Below are positions 50,352 to 61,230 of a stretch of 64,000 bases of DNA, piece by piece (position 1 is the stretch's first letter; each line of letters starts with the position of its first letter). The position numbers and the translations under genes were made by a program. Location of the stretch: the NCBI GenBank assembly GCA_963827275.1, contig CAWHAA010000010.1:432189-496188 (forward strand), in the 5' to 3' direction. The DNA comes from an uncultured Spirochaetota bacterium (GTDB taxonomy: Bacteria > Spirochaetota > UBA4802 > UBA5550). The notes under the pieces are model-generated. The model saw only the letters and a program-made list of their open reading frames with translations, was not told where the DNA came from and did no database searches.

Positions 50352-50794
50352 TAATAATATCGATTGGAAATTAATACATATTTCCCGTTTACATCTTTTT
50401 CGTGATTCTCGGCAGTATGATAAAGATTTGGCAGCTGTTTGAAATCATTGGCGTTAGCCGGATGTTGAACAATAGGAATATATATATTATCTCCTATTCT
50501 CTTAAGAATATCATTCGAATCTTTCTGAGGTTTTCTATTTTTATATTCTGAATTTCGCCAATATTCTTCAAATGAGATTTTATTTGTAACCTGCATAAGA
50601 TAAACGAGCTTTTCTTGTCCTATTATATCATTATTCAATATTCCTGATGTGAATCCAGCTATCCAATCACCGATTTTTTTACATTCTCTTATTTTTGGCT
50701 TACATGTCGCCAATGTCATGAATCCGCCGAAGGGATTGGGTGCGAATCCGGCATCATGTGTCATCTTGTATGAAAATAATCTAATTTCGTCCAT
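50352..50794 (-). pseudogene. Nmad2 protein, N-terminal part, interrupted by IS481
   Basis: LFSYKMTHDAGFAPNPFGGFMTLATCKPKIR...GDWIAG...GDNIY. Confidence 0.85.
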
Positions 50795-50977
50795 AATAAA
50801 AACCGGAGGATAATGCATCAGGCATTACCACTACTCCTCCTCAATCTCACACGATTCCGATATTTCATCCAAATATTCCGGCTTTAGATACTTAATAAGT
50901 GATTTTGTTCTTTGAATTTCGTCTTTCAAAAATTTTATTTTTCAAGTGACTATCGGGCGGTTACGGTCACTATTTAT

Positions 50978-51032
50978 AATATGGATTACATCAAAGATAT
51001 TATTTTAGAATCAACACAATATTTCGTTAGTT
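50978..51032 (+). repeat. 55-bp direct repeat, right of the Nmad cassette
   Basis: Matches 47474-47528. Confidence 0.85.
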
Positions 51033-51112
51033 AGAGTGATCCCACCCCTTAAATTTGTACCACGAGATAGTTTAGTTTTAACCGATAAATAATCAAGACT
51101 AATGAGGTTAAA

Positions 51113-52251
51113 ATGAAAAAACGATTCTCAGAAGAGCAGATTGTCAGAATCATTGGGGAACATAAGGCGGGAAAAAAGGTAAAGGATATCGCCCGAGAAC
51201 ACGGCATTAGTGAGAACTCCTTTTATATCTGGAAACGCAAATATGGAGATATGAGCTCTCAGGAAATTGTTCGATTGCGACTACTTGAAGATGAAAATAC
51301 ACGATTAAAGAAACTGGTTGCCGATTTATCCCTGGATAACATGGCACAGAAGGAGATCATAAAAAAGTTCTGCGACCCGGAGTGAAGAGAGAGGCAGTAA
51401 GCTATCTGGTGAGTAGCTTCGGGTTTTCGATACGACGATCATGTAAGGTTTCCTGTATGGCTCGTTCTACATTCTCATACAGTCCGCAGCCAAATGATGA
51501 CGCACGAATCATTGGAGAGATAGATTCGATCCTTTCAAAAAATTCAAAATATGGCTGCGGAATGATACAGCTCAAGCTGCGGCAAAAAGGGATTCTGATT
51601 AATCATAAGCGTACAGAAAGGATATATAAAGAGCATGGGCTGCAATTACGAGCGCGGAAACGTCGGAAAAAGATAGCTTCATTAGAACGATCACCCGTTG
51701 AATTGCCGAATGAACCTGGCGTCATATGGGCTTTAGATTTCATTCATGACTCGGTGGGCTTTAAAAAGAATCTCAAAATACTGACAGCCATTGACCCTGT
51801 AACGAATCATTCGCCACTTATTCATACTGGATTTTCAATAACGGGTAAGGATGTTTCTGAACTACTTGAAAGAGCATGTGAATCCTTTGGGTATCCAGAA
51901 TTTATACAATGTGACAATGGGCCTGAATTTAGAAGCCAGGAACTCGACCGTTGGTGCTATGAAAAGGGGATTAAAATAATTTTCACAAGGCCCGGCAAGC
52001 CATCAGATAATTGCCATATAGAAAGTTTTAATGGAACATTTCGGAATGAATGTCTCAATGCTCATTATTTTAAAAAACTGAGTACAGCCAGAGAGATTAT
52101 TCATGAATGGTGGAGAGAATATAACGAGGAGAGACCTCAAAAGAGATTAAAAGGGATGACGCCCAAACAATATTATGATATGTTAGTGATCGAGAAAACT
52201 AAACTTGAAACTGGTCGAATTGTGGGGTCAAACAATATTATGATATGTTAG
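51113..52251 (+). CDS. IS3 transposase OrfA/OrfB with programmed -1 frameshift
   Basis: OrfA HTH; A_AAA_AAG at 51361-51367; OrfB WALDF, CDNGPEF, IESFNG. Confidence 0.92.
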
Positions 52252-52293
52252 TGATCGAGAAAACTAAACTTGAAACTGGTCGAATTGTGGGGT
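52164..52293 (+). repeat. Exact 65-bp tandem duplication in the IS3 right end
   Basis: 52164-52228 identical to 52229-52293. Confidence 0.9.
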
Positions 52294-52325
52294 AGGATCA
52301 AGAGTATTGAAAAAGCGAATATTAC

Positions 52326-53648
52326 GAGACTGTCAGATATTTTGTGTAAATAGCCGTTGATCACAGCGGAACCCTGTCACCAAAAAATACGGCAAACTGG
52401 TTCATTGCAGCTCCCCACTCCCTGATTGGCATAGTCCATTTCTTTTCGGCCCTCGTCAATGCCAAATATAGGATTTTATAAATTGCTTCGTCCGTTGGGA
52501 ACGCAGACCTTTTCTGAGTGACCTTCCTAAGACTTGAATTAAGTGATTCAATGGCATTGGTCGTATATATTGCCCTGCGGATATCGTCCGGATACGCAAA
52601 AAATTCATTGAGGTTTTCCCAATTAGCACGCCATGATTTTGAGATCATCGGATATCTGGCATCCCATTTTTTACCGAATTGATCAAGCGCATCCTGCCCC
52701 GCCTTTTCAGACGGCGCGGAATATATGCTTTTCAGATCCGCACAGATCTGCTTACGCTCTTTCCATGATACATATTTTGTGGAATTTCGTATCATATGCA
52801 CAATGCACAGTTGAATTCTGGTCTGCGGGAATACTGTATTGACTGCATCAGGAAACCCCTTGAGCCCATCCATGCAGGCAATGAAAATATCTTCAACGCC
52901 GCGATTTTTAAGTTCATTGACGACCTGGAGCCAGAATTTTGCACCCTCAGACTCGGCCATCCATAACCCCAGGACCTCTTTTTTCCCTGTTATATTGATC
53001 CCTATGACGGTGTAGACCGATTTATTGGCGACTTTCCCATCAGTTCGACCTTTTACCACAATCGCGTCAAGATATACAATAGGATATACCGGATCAAGAG
53101 GACGTGACTGCCATTCGAGAACATCTTTGATTATCTCGTTTGTGACCGTACTGATCAATTCAGGGGAAACCTCTACGCCATAGATATCTTCAAGATGACC
53201 CTGGATATCCCTTGTCGTCATTCCCAATGCGTACATCGATATGATTTTCTCATCGAACAGATCGAATCGTTTCTGATGCTTTTTGATAATCCGGGGTTCA
53301 AATTCGGCGTTGCGGTCTCGAGGAACTTCAATTTCAACTTCGCCGTTGTTTGTTAATACTTTCTTTGAACTTTTACCGTTACGGACATTACCGGGTTTGT
53401 CAGCCGATCTTTCGTTTTTCTCATAACCAAGATGATCGGTCATTTCGGCATTCATCGCCGTTTCAATGATTTTCTTGGTTAACTGCTGAATAAGACCGTT
53501 CTTCCCGGTAACCTGTTCGGGGGTCAGTTTCTTGAAATCTACGTCTTTGAGTAATTCCTTGATAATTTCATCTTTGTCCATAGCCATATCATGCTCCTTG
53601 TATATTAAATATTGATATAGCTATTTACACAAATCTTTTTACAGTCTC
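52326..53648 (-). mobile_element. IS256-family element
   Basis: 29-bp TIRs GAGACTGT...TTTGTGTAAATAGC; no TSD. Confidence 0.92.
52361..53587 (-). CDS. IS256 (Mutator) transposase
   Basis: VPRDRNAEFEP, YLDAI, DGLKGF, QLCIVH, TTNAIES. Confidence 0.95.
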   Translation of the reverse strand: MAMDKDEIIKELLKDVDFKKLTPEQVTGKNGLIQQLTKKIIETAMNAEMTDHLGYEKNERSADKPGNVRNGKSSKKVLTNNGEVEIEVPRDRNAEFEPRIIKKHQKRFDLFDEKIISMYALGMTTRDIQGHLEDIYGVEVSPELISTVTNEIIKDVLEWQSRPLDPVYPIVYLDAIVVKGRTDGKVANKSVYTVIGINITGKKEVLGLWMAESEGAKFWLQVVNELKNRGVEDIFIACMDGLKGFPDAVNTVFPQTRIQLCIVHMIRNSTKYVSWKERKQICADLKSIYSAPSEKAGQDALDQFGKKWDARYPMISKSWRANWENLNEFFAYPDDIRRAIYTTNAIESLNSSLRKVTQKRSAFPTDEAIYKILYLALTRAEKKWTMPIREWGAAMNQFAVFFGDRVPL

Positions 53649-54073
53649 TATGTGACCGACACCACAAGCATTGACGCATCCTATTATTACCAGCATAGCT
53701 TCTTTGGATATCCGGAAGACCGATATGATCTTCATCGGCAGGATCGGAAGCGTACTCCGACGTCTGGGACTATGTATCGATTTACGGGGGGATTAACCTC
53801 GGCTTCGACTCTGACAAGTACCTGATTGCAGGAGGAGACCTGGGGATAACATTTAATATTTTTGGCTACGTGACGCTTTCCGTTACATATATGCCGGGAT
53901 ATTACAAATTTACCAGGACGTATAGTTCCCTTGACCGGTTCATTGGATCATATGTCTACTATTTTATGGATAGTAGCCTGGTAAGCTCCGACAATCCGTA
54001 TTTCCAATCGTCCCAGGCAGGAAAATCATTCATGAATCACAGTGTCAGTTTCATCATTGCATATAAATACTGA
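53649..54073 (+). pseudogene. 3' fragment of an outer-membrane beta-barrel-like gene
   Basis: Coding-like from the IS end; ends HSVSFIIAYKY with terminal aromatic; internal frameshifts. Confidence 0.5.
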
Positions 54074-54112
54074 CCCCTCGACCCGACACCCGGACCCGTG
54101 CCTGCCGGCCGT

Positions 54113-55265
54113 TTACCTTCCCCTTCTCATCTGCTGGTTCATATTGGTCCTTGAGTTCCTGCGCATTTCATTCATCTGAATCTTGTTCTCTTCCATTCTC
54201 AGGCGCATGCGCTCCCTGTCCAGGTCCTCACGGGCATTTCGTTTCTCGGTCCTGTCATCCCTGAAATGTTCGCCCGTGGCGCGATGGTTTCCCCCGACGA
54301 CATCGCCGCTGCCGAGCTCCTTCCTCGCCCTGACCTTGCCGTCAACCGGGATTCCACGTATGTCCGGAAGAAGGAGGTGCGCATACCGGCCGCCGCGCAA
54401 TCCTTCCGCGTCGTCGAATAGCTTCAGGTCATCAGTTGAAGCGGGAATTTCCTAATTGAATCAGATATGACACACTTGCGGCCCGCCCTCACCTCACGGC
54501 TTTCCCCGGTTTTTCCAAGAATGACACGTATCGCTCCCTCTTTCAGCGGTACGAGCGTCGCGCCGCCCCCGGCCTGGAGCAGGAATTCCGTTCCCAGGGG
54601 CACTATTCGCGCATCGGGGGTCCGGTACTGATATGAGACGGATGTCGTTCCGGCAGGTATGGCTGAAATAAGCATGCCGTCACTGAGGGAAAACCCGAGC
54701 TTAATATTCGAACTTTTGTCAATGAGCAGGGAGTCAGGGATGCATTCGTTTTCCCTATAAGGGTAATGTGTGTCATTGTGCCGGGAACGAGACGCGCTGC
54801 CGCACCGTCTGCCACCACAATCCTGCTTGCGTCATATACCGCTTCGCGCTGCATCATCGTATTCCCGTTCACCGCAACACCGGGACCGAGCGGGAGCAAC
54901 ACCATTGAGGCGCGTGTTGGCCCCTGCGGACCCTTGATCACGATCGCCACGATCACCACTATCATCGCGGCGGCTGCAAGGGCCGATGCGACCGTCAGTC
55001 TTTGCCGGCTTCCGGACAGGGAACGCATGCCGTCAGCCGCATCTCCGCTGCGTATTTCCCTCCATGAATGCAGGATCCTCTCCCATACCTCTCTACCCGG
55101 CTCAATTGACCCATGGCGGGGAGCCATAATCTTTACCATTCGCTCATACCGTGCGCGGCATGAAGCACATTCCTGGATATGTTTTTTTACCCGTTCGACA
55201 ACCCGTTGGCCCGCGGTATCCGCGATATATGAAGAAAGATTTTTATTTGTCACATGTATCTTCAC
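54113..55265 (-). CDS. Anti-sigma factor (zf-HC2 plus FecR-like domain), frameshifted
   Basis: HIQECASC, one TM, LGTEF...EGAIRV; follows ECF sigma. Confidence 0.65.
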
Positions 55266-55285
55266 GGTACACCAACCCTACTCAT

Positions 55286-55843
55286 TTATATAACGATTTT
55301 TATCAGGATTAAGGCCATAAAAAACAGAAATAAAAGCTTAAAACCCGATTTTTCGAGTGAATCCGCCAGGTATTCAATCATGGCACGCATCTTTCTTTTT
55401 ACTGTCCGCTCCGATATCCCCAGATTTTTAGCAATCTCTTCATATGGAAGAGAAAGCTCATTCCTCATTAGATATACCGATCTCGAAACAGGATCTTTTT
55501 CATCAACCAGCCTGTCGACATATTGTCTCAATTCCTTATACTCAACACCTTCCTGATCGTCACGAGCACCGGCATATTCGATATTTTCCTCAAGCCGTGA
55601 TTCCTGCTTTTTACGGTTTTTTCGCGAATCGTCGATGCAGAGATTTCGCGCGGTTTTATAGAGAAAAGCACGGATGTTCCTTTCATCGAGAGAATAGTCC
55701 CGGGAATACTTAATTAGCTTCACAAACGCGTCATGGAGGATATCCTCGGCCGTCTCTCTGACCCGGACAAAACCGTATATATACGAGAAGAGCTCCCTCG
55801 CATATTTCTCGTAGATGTCTTTTAATAAACGTTCGTCAGTCAT
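55286..55843 (-). CDS. ECF sigma-70 factor
   Basis: AEDILHDAF, FLYKTARN, YEEIAKNLGISERTVKR. Confidence 0.92.
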   Translation of the reverse strand: MTDERLLKDIYEKYARELFSYIYGFVRVRETAEDILHDAFVKLIKYSRDYSLDERNIRAFLYKTARNLCIDDSRKNRKKQESRLEENIEYAGARDDQEGVEYKELRQYVDRLVDEKDPVSRSVYLMRNELSLPYEEIAKNLGISERTVKRKMRAMIEYLADSLEKSGFKLLFLFFMALILIKIVI

Positions 55844-55871
55844 ATCCGTGTCACAGATTGGACGTCACACG

Positions 55872-56234
55872 CTATTTCACCAGTATCATCTTCAGGGAGA
55901 CGACAAGCAGCACTAGGCCGAACATCCTCTCGAGAACAATATCGGATACATGGTGTGCCAGTTTGGCGCCGAACAAACATCCCGCCAGGAACCCGACGCA
56001 TATGAACAGGGCCGCCGTGAGGTCAACATGTCCCTGCCGGTAATAGGTCCATGCCGCGAGAATTCCTATCGGCGGGACCATCAGGGCCAGGGTGGTCCCC
56101 TGTGCCTGGTGCTGGGAAAACCCGAAAATAAATATCAGAGCGGGAATGATTATGATACCGCCGCCGATGCCGATCAATCCGCTCAGCATTCCCGCCACGA
56201 GGCCAAGGAGAATAAATAACGCTATAGTTGTCAT
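55872..56234 (-). CDS. Half-size TauE/SafE (TSUP) permease
   Basis: GLIGIGGGIIIIPAL, QHQAQGTTL. Confidence 0.87.
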   Translation of the reverse strand: MTTIALFILLGLVAGMLSGLIGIGGGIIIIPALIFIFGFSQHQAQGTTLALMVPPIGILAAWTYYRQGHVDLTAALFICVGFLAGCLFGAKLAHHVSDIVLERMFGLVLLVVSLKMILVK

Positions 56235-56489
56235 AAAACTGCAACCTGCCTGTCATGAAAATGTCTAATAGGTAAATCTTGGTTATGATGATAAAACAAT
56301 GAATGAAATAATATATAGTAGCGGGCAGGCATGTAAAAATTGCAACGAAATTAATCCGGCTGATTGCATTATTGGCTTGATTATTTTATTCCTGTTGGTA
56401 ATCTTCTCAAGAATGATTAAAACATATAGATCAAAAAAGACCCGTTGATCAATAGTTCTGAAGGTGTTCAATAAGGGAGGTTGATCACA

Positions 56490-56990
56490 ATGAAATCGCT
56501 CCATACAACAAGCCGTTTCGCCCCGTCATTTGCACTGCTTTTATTGCTGCTCATACCTATCAGCACCAGCAACATCAATCAGCTTTACGGAGGCGCCATG
56601 GAAGACAAGATCGCGATCAAGGGATACGATACGGTCGCCTACTTCAGGAGTGGAAGGCCCGTTAAAGGGAGCAGTGCCTATACTTTGATTGCTGGCATGA
56701 CATGACCTGGCATTTTTCAACAAAGGAAAACAGGGACCTGTTCGCGGCTTCTCCCGGGCTGTATGCGCCGCAGTACGACGGTATTGCGCCGGGCGATGGC
56801 GGAATCCCGCAAGTCCGTCACCGATCCCAGGTATGGAAAATCATGGACGGGAAGGCTTTATCGTAACTGCAGCAGGCGGCGTTGAAAAATGGAGCAAAGA
56901 CATACCGGGGAATATCAGGAAGGCTGACGAAAACTGGAAAACGGCTTTCCGGCAAAAAATGATACTGCCGCGATTTATAATGCAGGAATC
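56490..56990 (+). CDS. YHS-domain secreted protein, several frameshifts
   Basis: AIKGYDTVAYF, WHFSTKENRDLF, YAPQYDG, IRKADENW across frames; end approximate. Confidence 0.75.
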
Positions 56991-57041
56991 ACCATATCCC
57001 GGCAGCTTGTTTTTTTCGGCAAATTGCCGGATGATATAGTA

Positions 57042-57305
57042 TTATCCGCGCTTCTCAGTTTTTCGAAGAGCCAAAATGAAGTGACGGTCAATTTCTTCAG
57101 TAAGCCTGATGATGCTTCCGAATTCGGTTGCGATATCATTGAAGCCCGATTCAATTGCCTGAGCATGCCATTTCTTTAAATCCGCTGCGTGATCCTGGTT
57201 ATGCTTTTTAAGATATGTCACAAGCGTCCTGAGATGCTCTGGATCAAGTGCCGCATCATCATGGGAATGGTCATGACCATGATGATGCCCGTTCTCTTCC
57301 TTCAT
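57042..57305 (-). CDS. His-rich putative metal-binding protein
   Basis: HHHGHDHSH and HNQDHA motif. Confidence 0.7.
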   Translation of the reverse strand: MKEENGHHHGHDHSHDDAALDPEHLRTLVTYLKKHNQDHAADLKKWHAQAIESGFNDIATEFGSIIRLTEEIDRHFILALRKTEKRG

Positions 57306-57432
57306 TTTTTCCTCCCGCGTCCCCGCAGTTCAAATAATAATCGATTACGTCAGTCTGTCGAGCACAACCCCGCCTCTTCATCCGACCTGACATCGTCGCG
57401 AATGATTCAATTTCATAATTTGCGCACTATCA

Positions 57433-57624
57433 TCAATTTTTACTCTTCAAAATAACCCGGTTGTTCATAAAATCAATTTGTTCAATTACCGCTTTTACAA
57501 CCTTTCTTTCCCCGAAGAGAGCCGATAAAACTATCGTATCATTTTCAATTTTCAGCGATGCGGTATCAGTGAAAATCTTTTCTTCGCCAGAATTTCCGTT
57601 TATCCACACTGTCGGCATGCACAT
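57433..57624 (-). CDS. cooT: CooT-family nickel-binding protein
   Basis: MC start, LFGE.K, IDF; 63 aa. Confidence 0.75.
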   Translation of the reverse strand: MCMPTVWINGNSGEEKIFTDTASLKIENDTIVLSALFGERKVVKAVIEQIDFMNNRVILKSKN

Positions 57625-57680
57625 GCTGAAACCTCCGGTTACTCCACATGTATTCCGTAATCGGAACAGGGCACTTTGCT

Positions 57681-58345
57681 TTATCGCCGCGCGACATAGA
57701 GGATCTGCAGCGGGTCTTCGATCATGGAGACCTTAAAACCGTGTTCCCTGAGAAAAACGCCGACGATGTCGAAATGGTTCCGCCGTCATGATGCCTGCCA
57801 TCGGAGGCGTGTACGCGCGCGATCAGATCGAAGCCCCGCGGGTTGAAATCCGATATAATGATCTGCCTTGCCGCGACCCGTATCATTTCCCTGATCACCT
57901 TAAAAGGATATACAAGATGATGGAAAGTAAATGCCGAAACCGCAGCATCGAAATAGCTGTCAGGGAAAGACATACTTCCGGCATCGCCGGCAAAAAATGC
58001 AATTTTCTCAAGCGTACCATTATAGGCAGCGTTGAGTTTCGCGATGCGCTGTCCCGCTTCGTCCGTATCGATCGAAACGACCCGGTCAAAATTGCGGGCC
58101 AGCATTGTCGTCAAATATCCATACCCCGTGCCGATCTCGATGATAGCCCGGTTTTCCCTGTCCAGCTGCCGGACCAGGCGTTCCCGCAGGTATTCCTGAT
58201 CGATCCCGAATTCTTTATACCAGGCCGATCTCTCGAGGTACCTGTCATGGTTTTCCGTAATTTCTTTCTCGGTGAATGGTTCTTCCACAATAACCCTTGA
58301 TTCCCCTTGTAACGATGGGTTTTTCTTCATCTTAATGGTTTCCAT
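57681..58345 (-). CDS. Class I SAM methyltransferase, C-terminal frameshift
   Basis: EIGTGYG, FPDSYFD, TFHH. Confidence 0.82.
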
Positions 58346-58361
58346 CTTGAATCCTCTCGTA

Positions 58362-59210
58362 TTATTTCCAGACGGCGATTTTTTGTCCCATCTTTATCTT
58401 ACGGCCCGGCGATTCAACTGTAAAACGAACCATCCCTTTCCCGAAGAGGACTATGACGGTTGAGCCCAGGTTGAATACGCCGATCTCATCGCCGCGCCGC
58501 ACGGTCTTCTCAGCAGCCGCGGGATACAGTAGCTCCCTCGGTGAATGCGAAAAAGATATCGAGGCCATTGCGTCATACGACAGGCTTATGGCGCCCACGT
58601 TGGCGGCCCCTACCTTGCAGACCGCGGCCATGCCCCGATTCGTTCGTATATACGTGATAACCCGCTCGTTTCCGGTGTAGAGGCCCGGCACTGTCCGAGC
58701 TACCGATTCGCGCACGCCCAGGAGCCTGCCGGGAACATGCATATACCCGGCAATGGTACCGTCAACCGGGGAATGTATGCGATGGTAATCGCCCGGCGAA
58801 AGATAGATGGTGATGAAGTTGCCGCTAATGAACGCACCGGCTGCTTCGGACGGGATGAGGTCGCGCACGGAATACTCGATTCCTTTTGCCTGCACCATGG
58901 TATTCTGGTCAAGCCGTCCCAACCGGTCTATCCGGCCGTCGACGGGAGACACCACGGCCCTGCGGTCCGCGTCTATAGTTCTTGCTCCCGCCTTGAGTCT
59001 TCTTGTGAAAAACTCGTTGAACGTCCTGAAGCCTTCAGGGGGGACGGCCATCTCTCCCTGGTTGACACCGTAGCGTAAAGAATAAAAATTCGCCGCGCGC
59101 CGGAGAAGCCATTGAGGAAAATGTACGCGAGAAATCATCCCGATAATTCTTGACACCATCTTTAATGGTATGAGAGGATACAATCGTACCGTTATCACTT
59201 TATCCATCAT
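58362..59210 (-). CDS. psd: Phosphatidylserine decarboxylase proenzyme
   Basis: FFTRRLK, SPVDG, YLSPGDYHRIHSP, LGST cleavage motif. Confidence 0.92.
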   Translation of the reverse strand: MMDKVITVRLYPLIPLKMVSRIIGMISRVHFPQWLLRRAANFYSLRYGVNQGEMAVPPEGFRTFNEFFTRRLKAGARTIDADRRAVVSPVDGRIDRLGRLDQNTMVQAKGIEYSVRDLIPSEAAGAFISGNFITIYLSPGDYHRIHSPVDGTIAGYMHVPGRLLGVRESVARTVPGLYTGNERVITYIRTNRGMAAVCKVGAANVGAISLSYDAMASISFSHSPRELLYPAAAEKTVRRGDEIGVFNLGSTVIVLFGKGMVRFTVESPGRKIKMGQKIAVWK

Positions 59211-59262
59211 CTGCCCTCATCAAATTTTCATGTGACACAACATCGGACAGGTCAATGCATCT

Positions 59263-59796
59263 TCATGAAATGATTTTGATGTAGACATCAAATCCTTCAT
59301 CCTTCACATCATCGCTGTAACCGGCGACCCTGTATACCGCGCCGTCTTCGGTGCCCGAAGGTATGCCGACGATCACCGTACTGTGGCCGGTTGATGTTTC
59401 GATGATAAAGCTCTTCTCGGTCCCGACGCGGGCCTCTTCCCGGGAAAGCTCTACCACGCAGTAAGAATTGAAGGCCCTCCTGCGGCCCCTGCCGCGCCTT
59501 CCGCAACACCCGCCGCCCCCGCAGCCGGCAAAGGGGGAATTCCATGAAGTTGCGGAAAAATCAGCTGAATACCGCCCGCCTGAGACGCGGGACAGGTCGT
59601 AGTCGCTTCTTTTCGATGGGTCCGCGAGCACGTCATAGGCAGAAGCAATTTCCTTGAACATACGTTCCGCCTCAGGATTACCGGGGTTTTTATCAGGATG
59701 ATATTTCAGGGCGAGGTTTCGGAAGGCCTTTTTTATCTCGTTCTCGGAAGCTCCCGTTTCAATACCCAGTATGGCATAATAATTGTAGGTATCCAT
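59263..59796 (-). CDS. DnaJ-domain protein
   Basis: YHPDKN J-domain; GCGGGGCCG linker. Confidence 0.88.
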   Translation of the reverse strand: MDTYNYYAILGIETGASENEIKKAFRNLALKYHPDKNPGNPEAERMFKEIASAYDVLADPSKRSDYDLSRVSGGRYSADFSATSWNSPFAGCGGGGCCGRRGRGRRRAFNSYCVVELSREEARVGTEKSFIIETSTGHSTVIVGIPSGTEDGAVYRVAGYSDDVKDEGFDVYIKIIS

Positions 59797-59887
59797 TGTT
59801 TTCCTTATTACGACCGCCCATTCCTGATTTCCGAATATTCATTCAGATATACTATACCAAAGAATAATATCAGAAGAGGGAGTGTAA

Positions 59888-60121
59888 TTACTTTCTTTGC
59901 ATCGTTTTACCGCACTTGGGGCATTTCTGCTGCATGCAGGGGATACCCTGCTGATGTGGTGCTGTTGTGCCGCACGAGGGGCATACACACTCGCCGCCGG
60001 TTCCTGATCCTCTGCCACCGGGACCCATGCCACGTCCTCCGCCACCTTGCCCGCGTCCGATACCGCGGCCACTGCCGCTTCCGGATCCGCCGCCTTTTCC
60101 CTGACCTCCGCGCATAACCAT
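59888..60121 (-). CDS. Gly-rich small zinc-finger protein
   Basis: CVCPSCG...H..G.PC...CPKCG; GGAGG SD. Confidence 0.8.
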   Translation of the reverse strand: MVMRGGQGKGGGSGSGSGRGIGRGQGGGGRGMGPGGRGSGTGGECVCPSCGTTAPHQQGIPCMQQKCPKCGKTMQRK

Positions 60122-60144
60122 ACCTCCTTTTGGATGTAAACCTT

Positions 60145-60612
60145 CTATTTCATCGATATAGCTTCAAGAGGGCAAATTTCTACGCATACGCCACATCCTG
60201 TGCAGAGGTTTTCGTCAATCTCGGCAACTTCGCCCACCGTTATGGCTCCGGCCCCGCATTGCGCTTCGCAGGCCCCACAGCCGCTGCATATATTCCTGTC
60301 AACCTGTGCTTTCAATTTTTCTGCTCCTTTTCGTATAAATCTTTCCTGCATGCTCGCTATCTTTTTTACCGGTTCTTCCAGGTCCCACCTTTGTTCACCA
60401 TCTGCCGGGATAAGGTTTGAAAAAGATCTTTGCCGTTCGTTCAAACTGTTATTATCATGCCGTGAAATGAAAGCATCACATATCGCTGGAAGCATTGAGG
60501 CAAACAATGTTGTTAAAACCGGATGTCCCAACGACCTTCGGGACTGCATGGTAGCATTACCCATGCGGCCCCTGCCGCGCATCCTTCTCCCGAATCCTCT
60601 TCCACGGCGCAT
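60145..60612 (-). CDS. 2x[4Fe-4S] ferredoxin-domain protein
   Basis: CSGCGACEAQC and CTGCGVCVEICP. Confidence 0.85.
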   Translation of the reverse strand: MRRGRGFGRRMRGRGRMGNATMQSRRSLGHPVLTTLFASMLPAICDAFISRHDNNSLNERQRSFSNLIPADGEQRWDLEEPVKKIASMQERFIRKGAEKLKAQVDRNICSGCGACEAQCGAGAITVGEVAEIDENLCTGCGVCVEICPLEAISMK

Positions 60613-60775
60613 GACATCAACCCTTCATGCCGGAATGATCCGTTTTTGTTATACTTACGGCTAGTATCATGATTCACCATTCCCCTGACGGTATCGCCAT
60701 TCGCTTCGCTATGAGTGAAAATTCATGCCGCCAGCAACATAATAGTACCATTCTGATTGCCGGCGGCATTGTACA

Positions 60776-61171
60776 TTACGCGTTCTGATCCCTCTTTTTA
60801 GATACCAGTTCTTCCATTTCCTTTATGCGGCCGTTAAGAACGTCCATCTGTTTACGGAAGAATTCAGACTGGGCCTTGAGCGCCTCCACTTCGCGCTCCG
60901 GCGTGAACTGGCCCTGGTTTACTGATCCTTCAGGTTCATAGCCGGCAGGAAACGCGGGATACCCGCGCGCCCAGAATGGCAGCCCGGTGGCGTAAAACAT
61001 ATTGCGCCAGCCCCGGCCGCCGCCGCCAAAACAGCGGCCGCCGCCGAAACCTCTGCCGTGGCCCATACCCGCGTTCTTATATCCGGGAATACCGGAACCC
61101 GAGCAATACCCCGCGCCCCTTCCCGTCATTGGCCCGTTACCGAGCGGACCTGTTCTATCTCCTCGTGGCAT
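60776..61171 (-). CDS. DUF5320 family protein
   Basis: MPRGDRTGP.G.GPMTGRGAGYC, C-terminal coiled coil. Confidence 0.87.
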   Translation of the reverse strand: MPRGDRTGPLGNGPMTGRGAGYCSGSGIPGYKNAGMGHGRGFGGGRCFGGGGRGWRNMFYATGLPFWARGYPAFPAGYEPEGSVNQGQFTPEREVEALKAQSEFFRKQMDVLNGRIKEMEELVSKKRDQNA

Positions 61172-61192
61172 ATCATACCTCCTTTTTATTTA

Positions 61193-61215
61193 ATAATGAA
61201 AACCATTTTCATTAT
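61193..61215. promoter_or_regulatory. Fur-like box
   Basis: ATAATGAAAA-CCA-TTTTCATTAT inverted repeat upstream of DUF5320. Confidence 0.75.
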
Positions 61216-61230
61216 AATACGCAAAAAAAA

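Larger units (their letters stand above)
51037..52300 (+). mobile_element. IS3-family element
   Basis: TGATCCCACCCC.../...GGGGTAGGATCA TIRs; 4-bp TSD AGAG. Confidence 0.93.

Noticed and set aside
50831..50925. Short acidic ORF upstream of Nmad2 (LKDEIQRTKSL...EIEEE*)
   Set aside because: About 32 codons with no clear start or motif; possibly a remnant but unsupported
45952..53648. tRNA-integrated prophage or ICE
   Set aside because: Island lies on the 5' side beyond rpsT; no integrase, tRNA 3' duplication or phage structural genes seen
56490..56990. Selenocysteine in the YHS protein
   Set aside because: The relevant position appears to be TGC; the TGA codons are out of frame because of indels
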